The position numbers and the translations under genes were made by a program. From Podarcis pityusensis (taxonomy: Eukaryota): DNA of 64,000 nt. The notes under the pieces are model-generated. The model searched no databases, was not told the DNA's origin, and was given only the letters and a program-made list of their open reading frames with translations. Positions 51,125-64,000 of this stretch are shown piece by piece. Within the stretch, counting starts at the first letter, position 1; every line of letters begins with the position of its first letter. The stretch lies in assembly GCA_964106645.2 (NCBI GenBank), contig OZ067047.1. The stretch is one strand, 5' to 3'.

Positions 51125-51779
51125 TTTGTATACTGTGTTAGTTTTATGATGTTAGCCGCCCTGAGCCGGCTCCGGCCAGGGAGGGCGGGGTACAAATAAA
51201 ATTTTATCTATCTATGTCTCTATCTATCTATCCCCTGTTGACAACTCCCAGTGTCTAGCATACAACTAGGAAGCAGTTGGGACTGGGCTTTCCCATTTCC
51301 TCAATAGACTACCCCCATGAGTCAGGCGTGGGTGTTCATTAGTAAGGCACTTTTCTTTCTATGAGAGCTTCTGGCAGTCTCTTCTGCTGCTGACTATGCC
51401 TCCTTAACTTTCTAGGTTGTCTGGTCACTGTAGCTTTTAGCTCCCAGAACCAACACTGTAATTGTCACTATATTTCTCCATACCCAGGATGGGAGACCTG
51501 CAATGTTTTTCTCTTCACTCAAAGTACCAAGACTGCAAGACTTTGCTACAGACCTGAACAACATATCAACAAAGGCAGGGAGAGGCTGGGTATCATTCAT
51601 GCCTTTGAGGATTTCTCTCAGAGTGGACTTACTCTCCACTCCACACTACACCTGTAGTAATGGTGTACACAACATTTTTTACCTCAGCATTCTCTTCTGT
51701 AAAGCCAGCATGAATGGATTCCCCACTCCCTGCATTATCAAAACAGACTTGTGAATGCTCTCACCACATATCCTGCTAA

Positions 51780-52640
51780 TTGCGTGGACAGGCGGAGTCC
51801 CCAGATCCCGAGCGGTCCCCCCGTCATGTGGAATAACGACTCATGACAACGTGCTATGGGATTAAATTGGCCACAACTTTATTAAATTTCAAATGTGGGT
51901 AGACCTTGGCTCAGGCATTGGGCGTTCTCCCTCCCCAGTCCCCAGCCGGGGACCTAGGGAGCATCAGGGTTATCCAGTGTGTGTGGGGGGGGGAATGGGC
52001 CGGCTCTGGAGAACATATGTTCAAGCAGAGATAGCCGCCCCCGTTACGCTCCCACCACAGGGGAGAGCAATGACGACCTTTTGGCGTACGGTCAAAGCCT
52101 CCCTTCAGAAACCCCTTTAACAGGGAACCCTGGTATTGCCGCCGCAAAGAGGAAGATGGACTAAAGGATTCTGCCCAAGGCCTGATACCGCCAAAGTTGT
52201 GACGTTTTGCTACGGGAAAGGCGAAACCTGCTAATGCAGGGAAATTCCTTTCCAGCCCTTTAACAGCGACCTTAACGTAGCAGCGCCCGCATACCTGCGA
52301 AGAAAAATTAACCTGCAAAACCTGTGAAGAAAAGTTAACCTGCAAATAAGACATTAACTGAGGGTGGGTAGGGTGGGAGAAGCTCTGGAGCCAAGTGAGG
52401 ATTCCCAGGTAAGATCCTCCCTCTATTGTGTGGGCAGGTAATCCCTCCCCTACCTGGCCTGGTCTCCTTGGCAACGCTTCCCCCAGGTGGGATTGGACAA
52501 CTGACTGAGGTAGGTGGAGACCTCCAGGTATCCCACCTGAGGGAAGGCAAACCAAGCCTATGCTGATGGAGCCGCTCCGGATCTAGGGGCTGCGCGCGTC
52601 CACGCACAGGGCGCCCCCCATTTTAAGCGGGGAGCGGTCA
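51780..52640 (-). mobile_element. GC-rich non-coding element with asymmetric inverted repeats (probable DIRS/Ngaro remnant)
   Basis: 35-bp IR (29/35 match) at 51781-51815 vs 52572-52606; hairpin 52612-52636; AATAAAGTTGTGGCC on the minus strand; CpG-rich. Confidence 0.6.
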
Positions 52641-52939
52641 TTATTCAAAACATCCTGAAAAACATGCTGAGAAACAAGTTGAGCTAGGAAGTGCTGTATT
52701 ATGATCCAGACACAGGATAAGAATGCTCACATAACCATGTCAACAAAATTCAGCCAATATATAAATTTACCTTTGCTTCATCCGATTAAAAAAAAGGGGG
52801 ATGGGGGTAGGAAAGCAATTCTCTGAGAGATCCCATGCATTCCGTTTCAGGGGCAACTAATATCTGAAAGTGTTTCTCACCTCCATAACCCATTCTTAAA
52901 TCACTGCCTAATAATACCTCAGTTGGTTAGAGCATGGAG

Positions 52940-53232
52940 CGTCTCCACCCCCATCATTCTGCCCAGACACTGAGATCCAGCGCCAAGGGCCTTCTGGTGG
53001 TTCCCTCACTGTGAGAAGCCAAGTTACAGGGAACCAGGCAGAGGGCCTTCTCGGCAGCAGCACCTGCCCTGTGGAACACCCTCCCACCAGATGTCAAAGA
53101 GAAAAACAACTACCTGAGGTTTAGAAGACATTTGAAGACAGCCCTGTTTAGGGAAGTTTTTAATTACTAATGTTTTAATGTCTTTTTAATCTCTGTTGGC
53201 AGCCCAGAGTGGCTGGGGAAACCCAGCCAGGT
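52940..53232 (+). mobile_element. L2 LINE 3' fragment
   Basis: Reverse-complement match to 28205-28510 (cccagagtggctggggaaacccagccag). Confidence 0.88.
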
Positions 53233-53423
53233 GGGCAGGGTACAAATAAATTATGATTATGATATGCCAAAGCTGACATTTCGATCCCCGTAAAGGACAG
53301 CTGCATATTCCTGATCCTCAGGGTCCCTTCCAACTCAACAATTTCTATGACCATGAGGGATAGCATCCAAACATCCAGTTTTACCATGTGATGAAATGAT
53401 GATCACATGATTAAGATAATGTG

Positions 53424-53663
53424 CAGGGTTGGTCCAAGGCATTTTGTTGCCTGAGGCAAAGGAGCCATCTCCCAATTTCACAGACAGAAGATAGCCGGGC
53501 TGGCAACAGAATAATATCTGCCACATCTTCGGGCAGCAGGGAAGCTTGCAGGAGAGTGGCACGCACAGCTCTGTCCTCCAGCCCCCTTACTACCACTCTA
53601 CAACCCCCAGCATCCGCTGCTGAGGCAGTTGCCTCACTTTGTCCAATGGTAGGACCAGCCCTG
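53424..53663. mobile_element. Older hAT MITE
   Basis: TIR cagggttggtcc / ggaccagccctg; degenerate 8-bp TSD ataatgtg / atagtgta. Confidence 0.7.
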
Positions 53664-56056
53664 ATAGTGTATGAAGCAGTCTTTACTTAAGGCAGATTGA
53701 AAAATCCAGTTCTTCTCTGTGCATTTGCCACTTTCCATGCTTACAATTGCTTGCAGAGGTGAAAGATTTAAATGTGGCACCTCTTTTCATTAAATGCCAT
53801 TCTATTCAAGAGCAGCAGAGAATTTATGATAATATATGTATGCATTTAAATACTGTGTGTACCACAAATGCTGACTGAGGAGTTTTCCCCCGAAAGAGTA
53901 AGCACTATGTATGTACAGTATTTTCCTAGTGCATTCAGCTTGCAAATTCAAATGGAGATGAATAACAATAGGCTGTATGTTTGCAATTCATGGGTTTTAG
54001 ACTATTCTGTGAATTTGTTTGCAAATCTGATATTGTTTGTTGTTAATACACACACACATTATTATTTTTTAAGTACTCAATGTGCTAAGATACATTGTTT
54101 TTTGCTTACTCAAACTTGTACTGGTTCCATCCATAGACTAGGGGAGAGCAAATAAAATAAAATACCATAACAACAAGACACTTTTCATCATTCTGAAATG
54201 TAACTTTTAAAAATCCCTACCACTCTGCTGGCAGCCTCAACCAGCTTAAGGGGCAAACGACACATTGCATGCAAAGTATAAAGAAGGCTGCTACTTTTTG
54301 CAGAGACGTATGCTAAAAACAGTTACATCTTGAAGAAATAAGCAGCAGCAGAAGAGGCTGTTGAAACTTTCCTTTATCTACTCCAGGTCCTCATCATCCA
54401 CCCAGCTGCTATTCCCCAAATGCAATGGTAAATCCACATCTGGAATCCCATGGGGTTAAAGAATATTGGGAGTAATTTGAAGCAGACAAATGGTTGGTGA
54501 CAAAGAATTTAAGCACTCCTCCTCCCCTCCTCTGCTCTAAATTCCATCCTTGCAAAGGGCAGCCCACCTTTCAAATCACCTAAAGTCACAGTGAAGCTGC
54601 ATTTTGAAGCCCTGACTGTCAGGTCCTAAGATAATGGCCTTGTGGGACAAATCTGACCCCATAGTGGGCAAAGATTAGGTCTTGGGCTGAAAGTTCCACA
54701 CCTCTCTGCTAGGAGATCTGGCCCTAGTAAAGTTCCAAAGACAACAAAAGCTGTAGCTTTGGATACAATCGCTTTGCAAGCATCACTTACCTCAATAGGT
54801 CCAGCACATGTAAGCTTCTGTCCTAGGGCATTTCAAAATCATGCTTGCCTAGCATCATACAGGTCCAGAACACTTCCCCGAGTCAGATTAATACGATTCA
54901 TTTTATATTATCTATACAAATATGCACCCTTTCATATTATGCTTATTATATACATATACACACAATGTTCAGTTTAAACTGTGTGGGTGTTTTCAGGGAA
55001 GGATTTAAAAAGAAAACCTATATTGTCGATGTCCTACTGAGTTTCTCTACTGCAATGCATTGACTCACCCATGAAAACATTTCAGCATTATTTATTTATT
55101 ATTATTGAAGCAATGACTCACTGACAGAGAATGTATTTTTAGGAATTTAAATAGTCCAGCTGTGAACAGCGAAGACTTAAGGCGGAGCCCACTTATTGCT
55201 TACTTGTAATATAAATTTTAACTAACTTCAGTTTTATATTGCTGAAAAATTAATAGCAGGATGACATGTTGCCTCAGATACTGAATTATGTTTGTGGAAG
55301 CCACTGCCAAGCAGCTAGTTATTGACACTCTAGCCAGAGCAGCGACCGGGTTTCTCCTTAATATTTCATTCCGCTTGCATTATTTGTGGATTACACTACA
55401 TACGGGCTCCCTCCTTAATGGCACATTTCATATAGAGACTGGGTAGTCATATAAAAGGGAAGAGGGCATGTATACATTCTAGAATGGTCTCTTCTCAAAG
55501 TTCATCTTTCTGAACTAAGAAATTTAATTGACAAGTGATATGCTCTGCTGATGCTTTGAGGATGGCATTTCCAAGAAGAGAAGTACTCCATTAACAGTCA
55601 AAACCAAAAAGTTGAAATGCATAGCAACGTTTCTTTTGGAATTTGCAACCACGTGCAAAGTCCCTACGTCCAGTGTTAGAAATTAGGCAGGTGCAAGGCG
55701 CGTTTTGCGACTGGCACCGATCCAATTGCGACCATGTGGAGATCTGTGGATGCCAGGTTGGTGTTTGAGGAAAGCAAAATGTCCCTTAGAGTAGGGTCTG
55801 AAATATTTTCCGTGAAGCCTGAATTTGTTTTATTTTGGATTGTTTTATTGGTTGTGTTAATGTGTTGTAAACTGCTTTGAAATTTGTTTTTTAAAATATA
55901 AAGCAGAACAGGAATGAAAATGATGATGATGATATTCCACTGTAAAATAACAAACAAAAAGAGGCACCTAGACATTCCATTGTGGTGACCCCAACCCATG
56001 TTTAAGGTGCCATTTATCAATTATATTACATAACTGAGTTTATATCACTGCCTTAA

Positions 56057-56414
56057 AAGGTAAAGGACCCGACAGTTAAGTCCAGCCACGAATGACTCTG
56101 GGGTTGCGGTGCTCATCTCGTTTTACTGGCCGAGGGAGCCGACGTTTGTCTGCAGACAGTTTTTCCGGGTCATGTGGCCAGCATTACTAAGCCACTTCTG
56201 GCGAAACCAGAGCAGTGCATGGAAACGCTGTTTACCTTCCTGCCGGAGCGGTACCTATTTATCTACTTGCACTTTGAGGTGCTTTCGAACTGCTAGGTTG
56301 GCAGGAGCAGGGACCGAACAATGGGAGCTCACCCCGTCGCAGGGATTCGAACCGCCAGCCTTCCAATCGGCAAGCCCAGGCTCAGTGGTTTACACCACAG
56401 TGCTGCCTGCATCC
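56057..56414 (-). mobile_element. Sauria SINE
   Basis: aaaggtaaagg tail (ACCTTT on the minus strand); body matches the other copies. Confidence 0.92.
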
Positions 56415-57189
56415 ACCCAAGAGCAACAGCTTAAAGTCAACTACATGCTACTCTACAGCTGCACGTAGCAAATTCCTGACAGCCCTTCTTTACAAAAAGT
56501 CCTCAGCTGAAGGAGACTCACATTAGAAAGGAACAAGGTGGGAAGGAAGTACCTGAACATTCCCCTGCCAGTCATTTTGCCCTAACAACTCTTAGACATC
56601 TCAGCTGGATTACCCACGGGCACCCAAACACATTGGGTCCTGTGTTTACCTTACCCAAAAAAATAGTTCTCAAGCTCCATGAGAATAAAAAGGCAAGGGT
56701 CTATGCCTGGCAGCTTGACACATCCCCCCCCCCCCCATGAGAGCTCATGCTATTATTCCAAGCCTGGATAATGGTAGGAACTATTTTCAGGTCTCATGCT
56801 AAGCCTTGGGGAGGTTTAAAAAGCTGCAATACATCCCACTGCTTTCTAAGCCTCTCCAAAGTTCAACAGAAATACTTCCAAATTAAACAAAGGATACTTT
56901 CTGTGCGGAACTTCAACTGTGGATATTTCTAAACTATTCTTTCAGTATCAGTAACACTTTGTAAAAATGGATGTTACAGCTAACTGACATAGTTGTGGGA
57001 GGCATGAATATGGGAAGGATGCTTCTAGATCTGCTTGAATAAAGAAAGGTCTAAAAATAATGTGAAAAACAACAATGCCAAGCATATCACACTATCACTT
57101 TCCATGTGCATAAAACTGCAGAAAGGGACTTCTCCACATTTTCCCCTACCTATTTATACCATTCACGCACACTAATACAAGACTCTTCA

Positions 57190-57390
57190 TTTGTTTATCA
57201 TATTTGTATCCTGCTTTTCCAGGCAGGTTGTGTGGGGTTATCCAGTTTTATCCTTATAATGACCCTATGAGACAGATGAGGGTGAATGAGAACAACTTGC
57301 CCAAAGGAATCCACTGAGCTCTATAGCTGAGTGGTCATCTGATCCCAAGTTTCCTTGGCCAAAGCCCAACACTTTTATCCACAACTACCC
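57190..57390 (-). mobile_element. Old Squam3/MIR-like SINE
   Basis: Degenerate accctatgag…ttgcccaa…gctgagtgg core. Confidence 0.5.
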
Positions 57391-60215
57391 ATTGGTCTTG
57401 TGGAAGATTCCACACACACCCGTGATCCAGTTGTTCACAATGTTGGGTTCTACTGAAATAACTGCATGCATTAAAAGTAAAACGATTTAGTACATCTAGT
57501 CAGCAATTTCTACTGAGCAACAGTTCTACTCCTTAGGGGATTTTAGGTGACCTAGAACATAGACAAAAATTGTACACTGCAGCAAAACATGTATAAGTAA
57601 GGGTGGCTATTAGAAAGCTGGCTTTGTATCAAAGTGCAAAGGAAGTTTGTGATTTTTTAATGACTTCAGAGCTTACCGAAGTACCAGAATGACAGTAACC
57701 AGTGTCTAGAATTCTTTATGTATTTACAAAGGCAGCCCTGAACTGTGCGCTACCTCCACTGAAATACCCCACCCAGAATAGTAAGTGCCCACTTATCTGC
57801 TGCAACACGTAGACCTGCTTGAAGCGCTATGAATATTCATTCGCATTTCAGATTAATTTACTACGCCACTGTCCATCCCTTTTGTGTTTGCCTCCTAGAA
57901 AAATCATATAGCGAGTACATTTTTACTGATGAAAATAACTACAGAAGCCAAATTCCTGCACTACGTGAATGCATGATTTATCAGAGCACTCAGTATTACA
58001 CAACACAGAGCTCAAGTGTAGAATATCTGCAATCAGCCCCCAAATGCAGAATAATTGTTGAGTAAATCTAAATAACAAATGAACTGGGAAAAATTGTGAA
58101 CTGCTTACAAATTCTCCAGGAATAGAAAAGAGGTTAAATTAGCTGTTCAGTTCCAATTATTCCTCTAGAATTTAAGTATTCGAAGCAAACTAGGACTAGT
58201 GTTCACTCCTAGACTGGAATGATATTTCAGTATTTTAAATTATCTTAGCACAGAGTATTGTAGTCTAAAGTCTTTGCATTATTTAACTACTATGGATAAT
58301 AGAAATTTACTTTCCATTTGGGTTTTTTATTTCAATGCAAAAAAAAATTTACCATAGAATGTATGATCAAAAACATCACTGGTTTCAAAAAGGTTGGACT
58401 GGAAAACTTTGAGTCAATCTTTCTCCCTGTGCTGAGGCCACAGGAGTTACCAAGGCTGGAGAAAGATGTGCTGCCAAAGGGTCTGTAAGTGTGAGGTGGG
58501 AAGACCTAACAGGGTTCATCAATATGGGACCCATGGGTTCTATGGAACAAAGGGGCTTGATTTGCCAGATTAGGAGTCCGAATTGCCAAAGGTGGCAGCC
58601 GTGCAGATATCCAGCCCCACCTGGTTGAGGCAGGCACAAATAGTGAAGGGTATGTGGTCAGGAGGAAGATGATGATGGACCAAACACTGCTGAGGCTTCC
58701 CAAGGTTGGATCTGGTGGTGTACGTGGGTGAAGATCTGGTGGAGGGGAACTATTACTTTGAAATTGTCCCTTTGGGGTTATTCCTTGGTGGCAGAGGGCT
58801 TTGTATTATTGTGTAAGAAGGTTTAAGGAGGTTTACTGTTTTGTTTTTGTTACCGTTTAATGAGTTTGTCCTATTCTGTTGAAATAATAACATCTTTCCC
58901 CTCATATATTGACTACCAAAGATCCTTTAAAGAACCTGTAGAGTTCATCAGCAAAACACTCTCCTGGGCAAGGGCCACAAATTCTGAGTGTTGCTTTAAA
59001 AAAACAGTTAGGTCTCTAACCCCCCTAGAAAGAAAGTTATGAAGCAAAGTGCAAAACTACCCCTCTAAGAAATTTCTGTGAAATGAGCCCCTGCCCTAGA
59101 ACAGCATCCTAAGAGTCAAGTGCAGCACCATCACCCTAACACTGGCATGCAGTTGCCCTACAAAACAGATATAGCAAGGGAGAGAACAGAGCTGAAGAGT
59201 TTTTCTTCCGCATGCCTCCGAAAGGATGCCCCTTGGCTGCTGTACACATACTGTGCCAGCCTTTGTGCAAGCTTGATGCATGTAAACTGACTAACAGCAA
59301 TACCAAATGGCACTAGGGATTTATTTCCCCCTTTCTCTCTCTACAGTATCTTGTAATTTTCTCCTTTCCGATGAAGCTTGAAAGAACCACTTAGTTGAAG
59401 TGGCATGCTGTGTAGAGTAAGCATGCCAAAGCGATGAAGTTTTCTCTTGGCTGTGCTCAGCTGACCAGCCTGGAATCATGTTCAGATTAACCATCATATT
59501 GGAGTTCAAGAGTTTTGTCCCATAACAAGATTAGCTAGTGGTGGGGCATTAAGGAAGGTGCAAAAGAAAGAAGAAAGCATGGCTTTCCCTTCAAGATGCC
59601 AGGACATTTCCTTGAGCTTTCTAGGATGTTCTGTGCTATATTATTATTATTACAACAACAATCTTTATTACGCTCCAGGGACCCAACAAATCGTTACAAC
59701 GCAATGCACAATTCATACAGCCTAGTTAAACAAGTTAAACAAGCATTTTGTTCAGAATATAGGGATCACTGGTTTTTGCAACCACCGATAAAAACTTTGC
59801 CATTATTATTATTATTATTACTTATCTATTACTTATATTATAAGTAATATTATTACTTATTATTATTATTACTTATACCATTATGACAGCAACTATTACT
59901 ACTCTTTTAATTGGGTAGCTGTTTAGGAGACAGGGCAACTTAACTATTTCTTCTCTCACTTCGTAGCACACTTCAATCAAAATAAAATATATGTTAAAGA
60001 TGTGTTCTGGCGTATTGAATGTCAAACAGGTTTGAGTCCATGACTTAAATGTCTTCAAATCATTAGCCTATCTGCAGAGGGCAGATATGTTCTGGACTAC
60101 TCTTCTACAGTTATTATTTATTGAACTTATATAGTTAAGTTCTATATGACAGCCAAATACTAAACACTGGCTCTAACTTGCAATAGCACCCATACCATTT
60201 AGCATAAGAAAAGTA

Positions 60216-60467
60216 CAATGGACACTCGGGTTGCAAACGTGATCCGTGCAGGAGGCACGTTCACAACCCGCAGCATTCGCAACCCACAGTGTCACGTCTG
60301 CACACACACGGGTTGCGATTCAGCGCTTCTGTGCATGCGTAAAGCGCAACTTAGTGCTTCTGCGCATGCGTGACTGCCGAAACCCAGAAGTAACCCGTCC
60401 CGGGTTTCGGCAGGTCCATAACCCGAAAAAACACAACCTGAAGCGTCTGTAACCCGAGATATAACTG
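60216..60467. mobile_element. Tc1/mariner MITE (related subfamily)
   Basis: TA-caatggacactcgggtt…aacccgagatataactg-TA. Confidence 0.8.
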
Positions 60468-62109
60468 TACTACCCACTTGCAAATCCAGCAGCCTGATCT
60501 TCTGGCCTATGGAAGTATGTGCAACTTTGTCACCTAGAAGTGAGTGCAGCCTGCAACACTGCATACCCTTAAATGGTGAGGCAGTAAATTGCAGCTCTCC
60601 TTCCACACATCCTTTAATCCATCCTATATAATATGTTATGTGCACCTGTAGTGGAAACTGTAATATTTCAATACTCTGGCAGCATACGGAATGGTTGTAC
60701 CTGGCATTTTTGTTTTATATAAAACTTCTATGAGACAAAGACGGTTAATGATGAGCTTTGTTAATCCACAATATTTTTACAATGCTCTCACAAATTAATG
60801 TGCTTGTGCATCACTGCTCTCTACTTCATGGAATTTGAGACCTATTCAAGTGCAAGTCATCAGCTCTTATTTCGACGCAGGTAAAAAGAGAACCTTTGCT
60901 ATAACAAGCAGCAAGAGCCCTTGACTGCTGCAGCAGAAATGCTTTGTTTTCCCCTGACCAAATCACTTAAGTACTTCTTAGCCATTACAAGTATGATGTA
61001 CTACAATTAAGACAAAGATCTTGTGAAGATAGAGGTTAATTCAGTGAGGCCACCAAGTCATTTCAGTGTAGCCACAGAAGACAGCCCAAAAAATAGCATG
61101 GCTGGTTATTGCTGTTTTTGAACTATCTTGACTTGCCACTCAATACAGCTGAAATTGAACTAGTAAGTAAAGTGCCAAGATGGTTATGATATGGACCTCA
61201 GCTACAGCTCAACATGAAAGCTAAGGCATAAGTAGCAGAATCTTTAGGTTACAATGCATTTCTCCAGGGAGAGAAGACAAAATACACCATTCAAACTAGC
61301 AGCCAAGCAAATTCTAATGCACTTAATGCTGGTTTTGATATGCAGCCCAACAAACAGAAGATTGAAATCCTACACACATTTACTACTACTATCATTTTTT
61401 CTTTATTACCTGCCCTTCACCATAAATGTTCTATGGAGGGGTCGTGCTACATGTTTAGGGAAAGCTCTACCCTCAGATCCTATCTGCTTTTATAGAACAC
61501 TCACACCAAAAGACAAAACACTCCAGAGTTCATTACTTTTTTTAAAAAAATAATCACACAAACACTGGATATTTTTCACAGGCGTGCAGAAGATGTTTTC
61601 CACCTCTTTGGCCCAAGTCACAATCAGCAATTCTAACACAAATATGCTTTGTTATGTGGATTAAGCTTGTTGCAAAGGAAAAGTCCCTCCTCCCTGCATT
61701 AGAAAGAAATGAGAGTTGGCAGCAGGTTGTGTGTGTTATATATTAGCTGGCAGAATTTCTGGTGAAATGTTTAACTTATTACACAGTTCTGCACATGAGA
61801 TTTGTAAAACAAAACAAACTGACGTAAACAGTTTTGTTACTTCTCACACACATTGGAACTCCTAGATTGCTGCCAATAAGCTTAAGCCACATTCTAGGAC
61901 AACCAAACGTTTCCTTCAATGTGGAGAACCAAGTGAAGGGTGCCGGTGGATAAACCATTCAGTGCTTACAAGAAGTCTTTGCAAATAATGTAAGAGCAGC
62001 CTGATAGATCAGACCAATGGCCTGTCTAGTCCAGCATCTTGTGGCCAACCAGATGCCTGTAGGATACCGGCAAGTAGGACTGAGAATAATAGCACTCTCC
62101 CCTTCTGCA

Positions 62110-62463
62110 AAGCGGGTGGCGCTGTGGGTTAAACCACAGAGCCTAGGACTTGCTGATCAGAAGGTCACGGTTCGAATTCCCGTGACAGGGTGAGCTCCCA
62201 TTCCTTGGTCCCTGCTTCTGCCAACCTAGCAGTTCGAAAGCACGTCAAAGTGTAAGTAGATAAATAGGTACCGCTCCAGTGGGAAGGTAAACGGCATTTC
62301 CATGCGCTGCTCTGGTTCGCCAGAAGTGGCTTAGTCATGCTGGCCACATGACCCGGAAGCTGTACGCCGGCTCCCTCGGCCAGTAAAGCGAGATGAGCGC
62401 CACAACCCCAGAGTCGGCCACGACTGGACCTAACGGTCAGGGGTCCCTTTACCCTTTACCTTA
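62110..62463 (+). mobile_element. Sauria SINE, full length, nested in an old CR1-like 3' end (about 61990-62500)
   Basis: tRNA-like head ggtggcgctgtgggttaaa…ggttcgaattcc; (ACCTTT)-type tail; 11-bp TSD ccccttctgca (62099-62109, 62464-62474). Confidence 0.95.
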
Positions 62464-63476
62464 CCCCTTCTGCAGTTCCTAGAAACTGGCATTCAGACGC
62501 ATACTGTATGGCCTCCAAAAAGAAATGCTTTTGCAGAACCTTGTGCGTGACACCTGCAAACCATTACAAAGTCACTCCCTAGTGATCCAAAAGCGCAGCT
62601 GGAAACCCCTTCAAGATTTTACATTCCAACTACGCATAGCTCTATAGATAAGGGTTATATTCAAAGTAGCACTAAGTACCTCTTTGCGTAAGCAGAGCAA
62701 CTTCTGCTCGTGCAAAAGGGGCTCTCTCCCCTCTCCTCCCTCCACTTGTCTGCTAAATCTGTTCTGGGTTTTCCCCCAAACAGAGCAAGTGAGAAGGGAA
62801 GGAGGTAAGTCCAAATGACCAAGCAGAAGTTGTTCCACAATTATTCCTGTAGTAACTGAATAAAGCCTGAGAGTGATCCTATTCAGAGTACACCCACTGA
62901 TGTAAATAGACATAGCTAACTTAGGTTCATTAATTTCAATAGGTCTACTCTTTTGTAGAACTTGGCTCACTACAGCCCTGAGAAAGAATCAACGGCAACT
63001 TCATTTTGCAACAGAAATACTAGTTATTGTTCCTGATAATAATTACTTTTAAGCTAATGACCTGTTTAGCCAACATGGAGCCGGTCAATGAAGTACAAGC
63101 AACAGCTACTATGCCGCTCACTGTCATCTTCAGGCTATCACACACACATGAGTTGCAGCATACTGCCTACATGCTTAGTGGTGGCCTAGCATCACAATGC
63201 TCTTAGTTTATGTGAATTCTCAGAAAACAGACTGGTGTTATACTATGCCCACAGGATATTTGGTTAACTAAGTGCTACTTCACAGGACACAGAAACCAGC
63301 AAGTCATGCCTTTCTTTCACCATGTGTACATACCACACAGAGCCACAATTAGCCTTGAGACTGGATCCACACACAATGTACATGTAGAATGCACACAGAA
63401 AATAAAACCCAAACTTATAGCATTCCCTCAAGTAATCAGCTGCACTGTAGCTACGCTTGAAATATATACACTATTT

Positions 63477-63612
63477 CAGTGATGGCCAAACTTAGCCCTC
63501 CAGCTGTTTTGGGGCTACAGTTCCCATCATCCCTAACCACTGGTCCTGTTAGCTAGGGATGATGGGAGTTGTAGTCCCAAAACAGCTGGAGGGCCAAGTT
63601 TGGCCATCACTA
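63477..63612. mobile_element. hAT MITE, 136 bp
   Basis: agtgatggccaaact…agtttggccatcact TIRs; same family as 19226-19361. Confidence 0.9.
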
Positions 63613-64000
63613 CACTAACTGATAATATGTGAAGCAGCTCCAATGAGAGATGGCTGAATGTATTTATGTAAATGCATTGTTTACTTGTAAAAAAAAAAAA
63701 AACATTGCCATGAACTGAAGGGAGAAAAAACCATGCACTTTAACACTTCTAAGAGAGACAAATTCCTCTCACAAACATCTGTATAACCTTTGTTCATACA
63801 TGGAAGCAGCAATGAAAAGTGAAGGCAGATATTAATAGCCTGATCCTAGGCTCTTTCTGCTTGTACTATAACAGATTCACCAGGAGGCAGAAAGGACTTT
63901 AAATGTAATAGATAATGAATATGCAAGCATTGGGGGGGGGGGCATGTCATTTCCCTTCCCCCCCAAAAAAGGAAGGTTTTTCAATAAATATATGTAAGCT

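Larger units (their letters stand above)
21483..64000 (-). other. TRHDE: TRHDE intron upstream of the exon (intron 2 equivalent), >42 kb
   Basis: The preceding exon (…EDGWVTDHFSQTPLMSTY…) was not found in the window; the sequence is repeat-rich and non-coding. Confidence 0.85.

Noticed and set aside
51911-52555. 214-aa minus-strand ORF
   Set aside because: Lies in a GC-rich repeat, has no recognisable domain, and its LQVNFSSQV repeat simply reflects the 27-bp tandem duplication.
62110-62190. tRNA-like A/B boxes (also at 42369)
   Set aside because: SINE heads, not cloverleaf tRNA genes.
1-64000. CRISPR arrays, operons or prokaryotic systems
   Set aside because: Vertebrate intronic DNA; no repeat-spacer arrays or dense coding regions.

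Overview
Eukaryotic, AT-rich, repeat-dense vertebrate DNA. The repeat content (Sauria SINE, Squam3-type SINE, CAGTGGTACCTCGGGTT MITEs) points to a squamate, most likely a lacertid lizard. The window lies inside TRHDE (TRH-degrading ectoenzyme, M1 aminopeptidase), transcribed on the minus strand. Only one clear coding exon is present (21356-21482, 127 nt, equivalent to human exon 3). Everything else is long intron filled with SINEs, L2/CR1/RTE fragments, Tc1/mariner and hAT MITEs, a solo LTR and a Penelope remnant, with one 130-N gap. Two observations stand out. (1) Two adjacent ~2.1-kb L1-derived non-autonomous (HAL1-like) elements each keep an uninterrupted 210-224 aa ORF despite only roughly 40% aa identity by eye, and both end in a TGATG overlap with an ORF2 C-terminal remnant. 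(2) Two strongly diverged GC-rich elements share an asymmetric inverted repeat plus terminal hairpin architecture; one carries tandem CAG|GT sites on the TRHDE sense strand. Family names come from recall, not database searches, and the boundaries of old repeats are approximate.
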